From: Balanoglossus misakiensis | Lineage: Eukaryota > Animalia > Hemichordata | Length of the DNA: 64,000 nt | Direction of reading: 5' to 3' | NCBI GenBank assembly: GCA_040954595.2 | Contig: CM082588.2 | Coordinates: forward strand, 8,354,844 to 8,418,843 | Shown here: one piece after another, positions 51,501 to 64,000 of the stretch | How positions within the stretch are numbered: position 1 is the first letter of the stretch | Layout: the number at the start of each line of letters is the position of its first letter | Position numbers and translations under genes: made by a program | Notes under the pieces: generated by a model | Seen by the model: the letters and a program-made list of their open reading frames with translations, nothing else | What the model was told of the DNA's origin: nothing | The model's database searches: none

Positions 51501-54500
51501 GTTCTCTGCGTAACCAGTCTTGGCTATTCTCGGGTGTACGAGCCATTCGAACAGAACAGCCAACCCTAGATGTACATACCTTCGATATTTCTAACTTTGG
51601 GTTCATCTTTTAGTTCGACATTTGTCATTGTTAGTTTTGAACTTTGGTTTTCACTGCTTTCCAGCATTTCTTTCGGATGCTGACATGTCTGCTCAGTTTC
51701 TTCACTTTTCCCCTTAAGGGTCGTATATTCGATCGTCTTGGATTGTAGTAGTTCTCTAATCTCCTTGATTTCGTTAAAGAGCGAAGTGATGACAGAGAGA
51801 TAGTTGTCTGTCGAGATTGGTTCCAAAACACGAGCAGCTTCTTCTTTTGAAAAAGACTCTGCCAGAATCTTGTCCGATTCTTTGGTGCCAGTGTTCAAGA
51901 TGTTGACGCCATTTTGATTGACCAATCTCTTCATTTCTGATGAGAATGTGATTCAACATTGTTATCAAAATGTTATTTATTCTCGACATGCAAATCAATG
52001 GGAGAATAGTGCAAACCTGTCTCTAAGATCATAATTCCATATGCAAGCAGATTACCCAAAACAATCCATTTAGAACAATTTTCAGCAGTAAGCTTACTTA
52101 ATTCACGGTTACTAGAAGAAGACGGTTAGGAAACTCTATTGTTCGGAAGGTGTGAACGAGGTGTTAGCTAGGAGAGTACATGTCCAAACCGCTATGTGGG
52201 GTTGTATTGGGGAACGTAGCTAATTTTTGAACCCCTTCATCTGCCCTTTTTCGTCAGAGTACAGCGCCACTTTTTTTGTACGAGTTCCATGTAGGCTTAT
52301 GGAGTGCACGGTCATAGTCTGTTGGGCTTGCGACACTCTACCATTGTTTCTTGGGTGGTTAACTTAAAATCCAGATTCAAATAGCGTCGAATTTTGAACC
52401 CCTAGAATTCAACCCTGATGGTCGCATTTCTGTTTTTTTTTTTTTAAATATATTTAGATATTTTACACCTTTTTGTATTGCATGGGCTATTTCGTTTATT
52501 CCAATTGGAATATTTCGTTGAGATTGCATACCCATTTCGATACAGTCGTTAACATTATCGATATAGCCTTTGGCGGCCATCTTGTTTGTTTTGGTTCGCA
52601 TCGAATCTCTAGGGCACAGTCAAGACAAAGAATGTATGGCTTCATCATGTCCTTGAAAGTTCAAAATTGTCATAAATGTGCTGTGACTTTATAAATTATC
52701 CACTCTCTGTTCTGTTTTCCTCAAATCTGGTGGTATACGTACTGTGCGTGCAATCAATTCCGTAAACATGAGTATGGTTTGCTTTGGATTGTAGGGGTAA
52801 TGACGTCATTTTGACCGAGCGGTCAGTTATTCTGTCTGTTTATTCGTATGGCCAGGCTCGTTAGCACCTGATATCTTTCGTTTACACTAAGTGTTTACCG
52901 AGGCGAACATCTAACAATGGAGAAAAAATAGTTTCCTAACCGTCTTCTTCTAGTAACCGTGCTTAATTTAAAACAATTTGTGGGCCTATTTCAGTGAGAA
53001 AAATATCGTAGATCATTTTTTGAACGGAAGGTAAAAAATTCTAAATTTAGCTACCAACTACATGTATGTAGTGAACACGGCTTTATTGGAGCTCTGTACA
53101 TACATTGGTAATAAAGGAGTCCAGGAGTCTTCATCGTTAACATGAGCGTGTTCATTTGTCCAATACAATATTGTTTGGCCAAATTCCCTGCACTATGAGT
53201 TTTATGTTGACTTTAAAGGAATGTTTGTGAACACTGACCTTCTCTATCAAATCTGAACGTCTCTCCCTCAGGTAAGGTGATTGAAGACAACTGTTGACTA
53301 TCCAAAATCAAACACCGTCTGATTCCAAGGACACCAAGAACTTCTGGCCGTTCATCCAACAACGTAGACAGCTGAAGAGGGCGCTGTATTTTTATCAACA
53401 GTACGATTGGTGTATGTGTGTCTCCCACATCAACATCTATCACAGCTTCCAAAGTGCCGGAACCACCAAGTAGTTTTGATAAACCGATTCTGTTTTGGCG
53501 TGTGGCATAGACATGTCGATCAACCTCCAAGGCAACCATTGCACCATTGTCATCTGCAGGCATAACATTGTATAAAGATCGATAATAGGCAAAATATCTG
53601 GAATTGTATGTATTCTCATTAAAATGAGCAAATGTTTTACTTAATAGTGCGGGAGTATACTTTTTATGGAAACATTTCAAACAAATTTATTATCAGCTAT
53701 AAGCATAAGAAACCTTTGAGTGATTTTGGTGTTTCGGTTTATTGAAGCGACATTCCCTTGGGAAAATCAGTTCAAAGTGATGCAAACTAATAATTTAGTT
53801 TTAAAATAAATATGCCGGACCATGTTAAGTATAATCATTTAGCATGGAATGTCAATTGACGGAAAGAAAAACAAAGCGAAACATAAGTTTTTTAGATCGA
53901 ACTCTGATATTCGCTTTTGCATCTGAACCCAACAAGTCTGTAATAGTAAATAAATCCGGTCTATAATCAAAGTTGTCAGGAGTACATTTTGTTTCATTTG
54001 GAGCAGATGATATAACGGATGCATGGATATGTTGCAGATAACTGCATTACCTTCGATGTTTTTGTCTACAGGTGGCGCAGTTGCAGTTTTCGTTTCCTGA
54101 AGTTCATCGATAGTCTGACGTAACTGTCGGATTGTGTCCTTTAGTTTGATGTTTTCATCCATGGTCGTACGTAACTCTTGATTTTCCTCTTTTACTTTGA
54201 TATTTATCATGGTTAGTTTTGAACTTTGGTTTTCACTGCTCTCCAGCAATTCCTCCAGACGCTGACATGTCTGCTCAGTTTCTTCACTTTTCCCCTTAAG
54301 GATAGTATATTCCGTCTTCCTGGATTGTAGTAGTTCTCGAATCTCCTTGTGTTCGTTAAAGAGCGAAGTGATGACAGAGAGATAGTTGTCTGTCGAGATT
54401 GGTTCCAAAACACGAGCAGCTCCTTCTTTTGAAAAAGATTCCGCCAGAATCTTGTCCGATTCTTTGGTGCCAGTGTTCAAGATGTTGACGCCACTTTGAT

Positions 54501-57500
54501 TGATAAGCCGCTTCAGTTCTAATGAAAATAGTAACATGTGATTCAACATTGTTATCAAAATGTTATTTATTCTCGACATGCAAATCAATGGGAGAATAGT
54601 GCGAACCTGTCTCTAAGATCATAATTCCATATGCAAGCAGATTACCCCAAACAATCCATCTAGAACAATTATCAGCAGTAAGCTTACTTAATTTAAAACT
54701 ATTATGTTGGCAATTGGTGGGCCTATTTCAGTGAGAAAAATGTCGTGGATCATTTTTTGAACGGAAGGTAAAAAATTCTAAATTTAGCTACCAACTACAT
54801 GTATGTAGTGAACACGGTTTTATTGGAGCTCTGTAAATACATTGGTAATCAAGGAGTCCAGGAGTCTTCATCGTTAGCATGAGCGTGTTCATTCGTCCAA
54901 TAAAGTATTGTTTGGCCAACTTCTCTGCGCTACGATTTTTCTGTTTAATGTTATGTTGGTGAATACTAACCTTCTCTATCATATCTGCATGTCTCTCCCT
55001 CTGGTAAGGTGATCGAAGACAACTGTTGGCTATCAAAAATCAAACACCGTCTGATTCCAAGGACACCGAGAACTTCTGGCCGTTCATCCAACAACGAAGA
55101 CAACTGTAGAGGGCGCTGTATTCTTATCAACAGTACGATTGGTGTCTGTGTGTCTCCCACATCAACATCTATCTCAGCTTCCAAATTGCCGGAACCACCA
55201 AGTAGTTTTGATAAACCGATTCTGTTTTGGCGTGTGGCATAGACAGACCTGTCAGTCTCCACGGCAACAACTGCGCTCTTGTCATCTACATTCGCAAACG
55301 ACACAGAGAAAGGCTCAATAAAGGATATGCATTCTCATAAAAGAGTATTTTTCAACAGTATTTTTTCTTCTGGTTGAATCTTTAAGTGCCTATGAAAAAA
55401 AAACCTATAAACTCATAGCCTGTCAGCTAGAAACAAAAGCAGTCATAAAAAAACTCAACTTGAAGAATAAGTCTTGTTCTATGCTGCCATCCATAAATAG
55501 TAATTACCTTGTTTAGTCAACATCTCTCCAAGTTCTGTACTTTTTTCTCCACACAAACCACAGACCTCAGAAGATTTCACTTCCGGTACATAGCCTATAA
55601 TAATTAAAGTTACGAAATCGTCATGACATATATCGTTGAACGCATTTGCAATGTTAACATTGATCCATAAGAACGTGAGTGTACAATTGAAAAGTTTGAC
55701 AAAGTGTCAGTTAGTGCAATGCATTCACATGAAATTCACATGAAATCACTTTGAAATGGGTATGAATACAGGAACTTGAAAGTACATGTATTCTGCTGAA
55801 AAAAAAACCATACAACACAGATACGAGTCTACAACTGAAAATAACCAAAGGTTGCAGGTAAAATCCTTCAAATTAAACGAATACACAATGTTCGGCAACA
55901 TCTAATAACTAAATTGTTAAACTATTAACTTGCCTTCCTTGATGTACTTCAATTCTGCCAGACATCGTTGATATCTCCATGTCTCTATGGTTGTCTTCAG
56001 GTTAACGTCAGACACATTGAGTTTGTGGAGCAATTCGGGTGTGATCATGTCTGCCTTATACAGATCTCCCAGTATCCCTTGCCTGTAGTCACGCCATAGT
56101 CTCTCCACTGACTTTGATGTCTGGCATACCAATACAACATGCAGACTGGCCCGCTTGATTTCTTCAATTTGTGTGTTTCCAACACTGTTGAGATGGTCTT
56201 TTACTTTTGGTAAATCGTTTTCAGAGTTGCTGTTGTTGATTATCTCATTTTCGATGAGTTCAACCTGGTCTGGAGTCAAGGTTGGACCAGATACCTCCAG
56301 GCTTACTTCGATTTTCCCTAAAATAACATCACTATATTAGATTCGTCAGTGTTTTCCATCTCTTTTCCGAAGTTACTGTTTCATAGTTACTTTTTCGAAA
56401 TGCAGGTACACAATATGCAAAATACCGATTTTCGATTAGACCGAACAGAGCTACTGATCGCCAATAAGCGATTTTTAAAAATCGTGACAAGTTGCATCCA
56501 TTCCTTCTTATATTGTGATTCTTGCAGTCAGATCGCACGGTACTCATTAACATATGTAAACGAAGGAAAGTACTTCAAACCATGTAGCCGTTAGAGTGGG
56601 CTCCGCTGACGGGTCGCGAAATAGGCCATTTTTTACTCGATATTATAGAGCTGTTTTCAGGCGATGTGGATTATTTTAAGACAAAACCGTGGATTCACTT
56701 GAAGGTAGGTATACTGGATTGTTACTGAATGATTTTTTGGCAACTTCTGTCGTGTAGTTTCTTTGTAATCACGAAATTTCTGACGACTGTGAAAAAACAC
56801 ATAGCGTTGACATCCTCTCGATTATTTTTAAGCTGACCGTTACACATGGATTTTACCACGAAATTTCAAACTTTTATCAAAATATAGACATCAAACTCCC
56901 TCTCTTTGAGTTTTCATTCACTTCCAAGCGTTGATAGTGACGATATGACCAGTTCAATTTTGTTTACCTTTCAACCTGTGAGCGCCATTTTGTTTACTTT
57001 TCAACCCGTGAGCGCCACTTCTTCTGCAAAATGGCGGGAGAAGACAGCATGCATGTGTACGTATATACGCTGGCGCAGACTTGATCCTGGGTTGTACCAG
57101 CTGCGTAGTTTTCCCTCCTCACTCGTGCGAAGAAATTTTGATTGCTGATATGTACTCCCGAGTTTTACTAAACCCTAACAATTATTTTATGAAAGTTTGC
57201 CCGTCAAGTAAACTCACTTTTTTAATTTTATGGTTCTTTCAGATTGACGAAGACTAATTTTTGTGGTTGTGGTGTTGCAGTTGACTGTTTTATTTTAGCT
57301 GTCTGAGTTGACAATTTATTCTGTATTTTATTGTATTTTTAACTCTTTATCCTGTATTTTGTAGTAGTATTTTGAACACTGTTTAATAAATAAATTACTA
57401 TTATTATTATTTATCGACCCAATGCAACGATGACAAATCGCTCGCCTTCAGACACAAATGTTGTATTTATTGCATATATCATCAGCGAATAAAGGGAAGT

Positions 57501-60404
57501 GGTTTCGAAGTTACACTTGGCATTTTCGAAAAGTCTACTTATATCCCACGATGCGGAGAGAAAAAAAATACAAAATACGTCAGCTGAGCTCCTCACGTAC
57601 GGTAAACCTGGCATGCTGTGCATGGGTAATCAAATATTTGTCTGTAGCCCAATGGTAGGCGTACGGCGTGGAGCACCCGGGCGCGGCACTCGTGCGATTG
57701 ATCGATGTTGTGTCGAAATCAGGCCAGTAATTAAGTTAAAACTTGGCTGATATGTTACCTTAGAGTGTTATACACTATCCAGTAACTTTCTCTTGACAAG
57801 TGTCTTTTAGAAACTGTTTTCCCCACGATAAACGTGTCGTTTCACGAGCAACGCAACACTTCCGTATTTACAAGCCTAACATGGAGAGGTCAACGTAGGG
57901 CCTATACTTCCGGGTCATGTCGTCGAAGTACATCGATTATTTTTAAGCTGACCGTTACACAGGCATTTCGAATTAATTTCTTTTCACGGATGTTGGGACC
58001 GATATTAGACCTATCTGTCACGAAAACTTGGTTAACTTCCGAGGTCGTCTTCAAATGATTTTTGGCACGTTTGTGGACGTCTCTTCCGAGGTCACCAACA
58101 TACCACCGAAAACACGCTAAAAACTACTACTATTACCGACAGATTCTCATAAAATTTACGTCTGCAGTGCATAATGGGAATCACTTTCGAAATTTATCGA
58201 GCTAGCATGGTATTTTATTGTACCACGGAGTGTAAAAATCAAGTTGAAAATCACCTTGAAAACTGGCCTATTGCCGTCTGTTTGAAAGTTAACGGTCGCT
58301 GGCTTGACGAACTTTCATATGCAAATGAGCACCGTGCGATCTGACTGTTGAAATATGTTAACTTTAATAACCACTATCTGAATTCATCTTCTGAAACAAG
58401 AATCTCCATCCTCATGATAGGCCGGTATGCGAAGGTCTTCAGTTATAGAGGAGAACCATTTGATTTCTGGAAAGGCGGTGGAGTATGTCACCAGTTTTTT
58501 TTCAGTCACTGTAGGCCTACAGCAGTTTTTTCGATGTCTGTCTACCTTTTACTTAAAGGCAAGCCAGAAGCAATTACATTTCCTCCTCATCATCATCTTC
58601 CAACAATTCTTCCTCCAAAAAACCCATCCACCCCTAGAAATCAAATGGTTCTCCCCTATTTGATTAGTTGAAATGGCAGTCAATTAAGCAACAGGATCTA
58701 GCCTACCCAGCTTAGATTTGAGAGTGTCCTCATGCGTTTGTCCAGCATCAGGATTTTGTTGGCCACCTTCACCAGTTTTATTCAAATCACCACTTTCTGG
58801 TCTATTGTTACTGGGGAGATCTTCAACCTGATTTTCTTTTTCGCTTCTACCGGAATTGGAGACTCGTTGTCCTTGGTCACGAACTGTTTCCTCTTCCCCT
58901 AGCGACAGGTGTGAAAAACTCAATTTACTATCACATTCACACTAATTGCACAAATGCTTCACATTTAAATTTATTCTGGTAAAACATTCAAATTAAAATG
59001 CATTTTATGCAACCGTAAATCACTGAGAGGCAAACATGCCGCTGTTAATATGTTAATATAGTGTCATATTCTCATAACTGTGTGTTGTCCAAAGCAACGT
59101 ATACAGTGCGTGCAACATTCTCTCTATCGCTATTTACCTTTGGAAGGATCTTCTGCAGGGTCATCGCATTCTGTAGGGCAAAATACACATTCCAACAGCT
59201 TGGTGTGATGGTCAGCAATAACACCACTCTCAGCGGATATTTGTAGTGCTGTCTTCAGTTCTTGTGCAGCATTCTTTGCACGGCCATATTCACTTAGGAT
59301 ATCCATGATAGCACATACCCACTTTTCTTTTCCGCTGTCAAGACTTTCGCTCGGTCCCACGTCACAAGTTTGTACACCAATGGAGGGGAAGTGTTCCTTT
59401 AGGAATGTTGCCAGACCTGATTGCTCTGGATGTATTGTAGGCACACCAGCAGTGCAGGATAGAAGACCGAATACACCAAATGGGTCTCCTTTAGTTGTGC
59501 AATTTATCACGATGTCACACTGCTTCAAATCGTTCTCTAACTGGCTCATCGATGCGTTGTTGGGATACATGTGGATATTTAATCGATCGGACATTGTCAT
59601 CCTCTCAAGCCTCTGTTGATATTCCTCACACGGTTCAGAGGATACACATCCTCTTAACTTCCACTTGATTTGCGTAGAGAAATACTTGTATATGTCAGCA
59701 ACTTTCCCCATGCCACGCGCTACTGCTTCAAATTCTTCCAGGTCACGTAGCCCTGTTATGGTATGTACAGATAGGACATTGATGGTTTTACGTAAACCGG
59801 TTTTATTCACGGAAAGATTGCCGACGTCTTTCTTCATGCAGGGAATGTATGCAACGTGCTCCACTTGTGAGTTTAGCAAAGGTTGAATCTTCACCTCAAA
59901 CTCCTCATATACTGATGGACCAACAGATAAAATGACCGAGGACATCGCTGCATATTCCAGCATTTCATCCTCTTTGGCAGCCAAGTCTGAAGGATCTAGG
60001 TTCATGTTTTCGGGTGTGTCAGAATAGACAGGAACAAAACTCGCAGATGGGAAAACCTCTGCCTGAATACTCTTTGCTGTACTGGCAGTTCCATCCTTAC
60101 AAGCAGTACCATATACGGTCGTAATTGGGTGATATTTCTTCAACTGTTGAAAATAGTGTTCGTGTAAAATTAACCAATCACTTGTCGGCTTCCCGTCTTT
60201 GATTGGGAGAATCAGCTCCACTCTATGACGCCTTGCTTCTTCAACTTCTTCATCAGAAGCCTGTAACGCCATGAAGTAAACCTGGTTGTTTCCACCAGCA
60301 AGATCGATGGCCAATTGTCTCTCAGTAAGACATGTTGCAATATTGCGACTTCTCGGCCACCACTCCTCTCCGACAACCAACAAACGATTCTTCACCTTAG
60401 CCAT
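42999..60404 (-). CDS. Array copy 4: GT4-like - TRADD-N-like - CxxC - (X - coiled coil)x2 - ZU5-ZU5-UPA-DED (about 1675 aa)
   Basis: Exons 60404-59138, 58898-58707, 56317-55934, 55594-55508, 55285-54971, 54518-54051, 53553-53239, 51936-51580, 46601-46576, 46353-46063, 45763-45581, 45296-44995, 44760-44292, 43683-43650, 43336-42999. Total 5028 nt, all phases compatible, no internal stop seen. Confidence 0.75.
44292..46353 (-). CDS. ZU5-ZU5-UPA exons, copy 4
   Basis: Near-identical to 26668-28935; HFS at 45725-45733. Confidence 0.75.
45545..45573. repeat. (ATG)n microsatellite in intron
   Basis: Direct reading; shorter in the paralog at about 27897-27908. Confidence 0.9.
47593..51455. mobile_element. 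3.86-kb non-autonomous foldback DNA transposon (Academ-like termini, tentative) in an intron of copy 4
   Basis: Termini TAGACCATGAGCCAGTAGGGG...CCCCTACTGGCTCATGGTCTA with a 3-bp TSD TAG. The empty site 'ggcgctagtgatcg' is at about 30126. Arms 47593-49048 and 49330-51455 are inverted, and the right arm has internal tandem duplications of about 170 bp. Confidence 0.9.
52104..52961. mobile_element. 858-bp non-autonomous TIR element, 7-bp TSD (P-element-like, tentative)
   Basis: 32-bp TIR CACGGTTACTAGAAGAAGACGGTTAGGAAACT with TSD CTTAATT on both sides. Empty sites 'agcttacttaatttaaaac' are at about 30922 and 54681. Confidence 0.85.
55934..56317 (-). CDS. TRADD-N-like domain exon, copy 4
   Basis: 384-nt phase 1-1 exon; the GS motif is changed to AS. 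Confidence 0.7.
56525..58347. mobile_element. 1.8-kb TIR element with 3-bp TSD (TTG), possibly containing a nested element (taggcca about 56622 ... tggccta about 58270)
   Basis: CAGTCAGATCGCACGGTACTCATT ... AATGAGCACCGTGCGATCTGACTG flanked by TTG on both sides. Absent from the paralogous intron of copy 2 (about 14315-14345). Confidence 0.75.
59138..60404 (-). CDS. GT4/GT-B glycosyltransferase-like domain exon, copy 4
   Basis: 1267-nt coding exon, near-identical to copy 2. Confidence 0.8.
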
Positions 60405-63400
60405 TCCTAATTGAGAATAAAATATGTTCGTGTTTATAGAGTTATCGGGGAATATTTCCACGGCTCATTGAAAGAGGAATGCTATGGAAGGTACATTCAT
60501 TATTGATGTAGACTCCTTGGCCTGCCACTTTGTGGATTGTCTGTCTCACAAAGCTCCGAGTGAGTGGTAATATTTCGGATTCGCCGCAACAGTGGATGTT
60601 GTAATGGAAATACGTGGCACTTTATAAGTCGTGTGTTCATTTTTCTTAAATTCTACTGTTAATAACTTTGATTAACAATTTGCGTACGGACTGACGTTGT
60701 CCCCCGCAAAAAAATGGCATTTTCTCCACGTGATATGAATATGAGATAAAATAGTCCCTGTTGAAAGAGTGTTAAAATGAAAACGTTGCTCTCCTTTAAA
60801 TTTGCTTTGCCATGACGATCAGTGCTAGTAAAAACTGCATTCATACATCACAGTACGGTACGCTGGAAACTAGAATAATAAATATGTTTTTTTTTCCATG
60901 AGTACATACATGCAAATAAAAATAACATGGAACTACTTCTACTTGTAAACATTGAACGCCATGAATGCTCAGGAGCTATGCATTTTGTCCGGTATAACAC
61001 GGTGATTATATAATTATTTTATAATTAATCCAATACCAACAATCTTCAGAAGAATAACATATTTAGCTGTCGACTTTAAAACAACGAAAATTACTCGTTA
61101 TCGCCAGTTTTCTTGAATTGCGGTTGCAATCTCGCGCTGGCGACAATGAAGAACTGACCCTAGATGACCTCATTTGCATACTAATGACTACGTAACTTGG
61201 TTAAAAAAACAGACCATCGGTGGGTTGCTTATCACTATCGCGTCAAACGGTGAAACGCTCGAAACTTTCAATTTTCGTCGCTTTTCGAGATAACAATAAT
61301 AACGGATTTCCATGCCGTCTGCACACCTTTTGTGTGGACGGTACAGTGACTCGCTGTGCTAGTTAAAGAACTGCCACAGAATGACAGCTACACTCGTAAA
61401 AATAACTATGACAACAGTGATGGTAAGGCCAGTATAATGCTGTCGTTTCATCTACGCCTTCAGCCTTGGCTGTCACAGAGATTGACGGTAGGTCATACAG
61501 TCCAAAGTTAGGACACTTGATTAGTGCATAGTAGGCTGTGGCCACCAACTGTGTATATAGCAACACATGTATGCATCAATAGAATCGAACTGCCAGTAGA
61601 CAGAGTCATATCGGTTAAGTATATGTAAGGTCATTTCAGGTTATCAATCATGCACCTTATGTATCAGGCTGTTCCATGTTATGTTGCTACAGCTAATGTG
61701 AAAACCAAACCAATGGTTGCAATTGGGACAAGGTATCCAGTTTAGACAACCACTCTCCTCGATCTCCAGTAACGACGGTACTTTCACGACATTAACCGGT
61801 ATAGAATCGTAACGTTCAAAACTTCTATAATTAGTATTGACGCGAGCTTTGATCACTGTCTGAACGTTGTCCACACACGCCCTCCCGCTCACATATTTGT
61901 GACTAGATAACTTCCTACGACATCTAATGAAGTTGTTCACGACTACATAAATAGAAAACAGGTATTGATACGAAATGCGAAAAACTGAAAACAAAATATG
62001 AGACTTATTCCTCCTTCCTTATTGAAACACCCCGCGATCAGAATGCCAAGTTATTGGATGCGACTGTTTGCCCTGCAGTGAGAAAATACTACCAACAAAA
62101 ATCTAAATGACACTTCGCATCGCTTCTTTACCGCGTTCACCTTAAATATATCACAAATCACACTCTTTTTATACCGACAACTTTAAGAATTAATACTTAT
62201 ACCCCACCCATTTACGACTTATGGCTAATCAACAACAGCAAGATTAATGCGAGATTTACAGAAAACAAATTACATTAATTTGATGAAGTGGAATGTGGAA
62301 ACTTTACAGAAACATATTCACCTTCCTACATGACCGAAAATATGTCAATAAATAATTAGACCGTGAGAATGATAATCTCGGTCACTATAAAATATTTCTT
62401 AAATATCATATACCTGGCAAATGATTAACTTTAACATTCATTAAAGCCGGACTAATTTGTCAACAGACATTAAGCCTGTATATTTATTACTAAAATATCA
62501 ATTCGACTGCCGTCTTTCTACTTCTTGTATGACCGAAAACTTCAAGAATAAATACCTACACTCTACAAAATATGGTTATTTTCTGGTATGCCTCTGTTAA
62601 AAGCAAGTCATCTCATAACAATAAATCATTGTTCGTTCGTGTATAAATCGAGATCTCACGTGACAGATATATGCCCTTCAACCAGGTTTTACCTTACGCT
62701 CTGTAAGTTTGCAAATGAAATTTTACTGTTGTTTCAGAACCTGCCCCGTCCCTACACATGGTAATTTCGAGTTGTGCAGACAACTGATTCTAAGAGTAGC
62801 TCGTTATCGAATTAACTCAAGTGACCAGTTCTGTCGTGTAATTCCGTGATTCCTCACCTGTGGAAGAGTTTCGCCGTCTCTCTCTCTTCAACGATGATCT
62901 TCGAAGACTTAAACCAGACAGGCTAACGCCACACCGCCATTTTGGTCGTCGGACAACAGACAAAAAAATGGCCGGTGTGGTCGTTGGTTATTACCACATC
63001 GAGGCTCACGGGGACTTTGAACGTTGGTGTAAATCCTTGTATCAAGGCACATCAACAACTCAGCAAATATATTCCAATTTGACAAACCAAGGTGGCAAAG
63101 TGTCATTTGTTGTATGTCAGTTCATATTGACATAGTGACAATTGGAAATTATAGAAGATTGGGGAATCAGGAATGTATACCACTTCCCTATCGAATTCTC
63201 TAGGTTTTCATTTCCTTATACTGTTTTAGGAATTCCCAACCCTCTAATATCTGTCAATTTCGTCACAATTAAACCAGTTGGCGATCGTAGTTTTTCTTCT
63301 TCGTATATCTCATATACGTTGTATGCATGTAATACTGATCATACGACATAATGAGTACCTTCGTGTTAGTTGTTTGATTCGCATGTTGAACACAGCTGTC

Positions 63401-64000
63401 ATAATGTATTACTCTTTCCGCAAAAATTGCAGTACTAACAAACAACCAAACAAACAAATAAACAATCAATCAATCAAAATTAAAATCGTGATACTCGTCG
63501 TGATCCAGCGCTGAACTGTTCGATATTCGACATAATTCAAATCTACAAACATTCCGCAAATGTTCTGTTCTCAATTAAATATCACTTCTTGAAGGGAAGT
63601 TTTAAACTTGGATAAAGAATATCAAGAATGTTTAGGTAGGGCATCCATTACTTAAGATGGGTCCCATCTTAACGAATGACATTTTCTGACATCACAAGAA
63701 AAAAGACAACAAAATCATCTGTGTGTTTAGTAAAAACACACGAGCGAAAATGTCAATTACTGTATTTTTGTCATCTTGAACCACTTTTAAGTGGTGGCTT
63801 TGCTCAACAGCCCAGGCGAAAAGGCAAAATATTGTCCGTTCTAGGTCCTAGTTTGAGTGGACTCTGTCAGAAAAAGTCCAACCTTGGGAAGCAGAAGGAA
63901 CTTTGTACTGGGAGTTAAATGAGTTGGCCAACAATTGAGTGCAAACCTGTTTGTTTCTTTGAGATACAACGGTGAACTCGCCAACAGCTGCCAATTTTTG

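Noticed and set aside
11830-64000. Whole array as an uncollapsed-haplotype assembly artefact
   Set aside because: Four copies with non-congruent similarity patterns and copy-specific insertions carrying TSDs are not explained by two haplotypes. It cannot be fully excluded without reads.

Overview
AT-rich, intron-containing animal DNA, most likely a marine invertebrate (hemichordate, cephalochordate or echinoderm-like; not determinable from sequence alone). The window holds a tandem array of four minus-strand, multi-exon innate-immune-type genes. I reconstructed them by hand from splice sites and exon phases. Each copy starts with the same cassette of phase-1-bounded exons: a GT4/GT-B glycosyltransferase-like domain, a low-complexity linker, a TRADD-N-like domain, a CxxC mini-exon, an unassigned 105-aa domain 'X' and a coiled coil. 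The C-terminal module differs between copies. Copy 2 (16407->9911) splices in frame into an IFIT-like TPR domain. Copies 3 (36554->25373) and 4 (60404->42999) splice into PIDD-like ZU5-ZU5-UPA domains carrying an HFS autoproteolysis motif, ending in a DED instead of a death domain. Copy 1 runs off the left edge of the window. Cassette subtypes and C-terminal modules are reassorted between copies, which points to a recombining, exon-shuffled sensor/effector array. Introns and spacers contain decayed LINEs, several TIR elements/MITEs with empty sites in the paralogous copies, and a 3.9-kb foldback element. Domain names come from motif recognition, not database searches.
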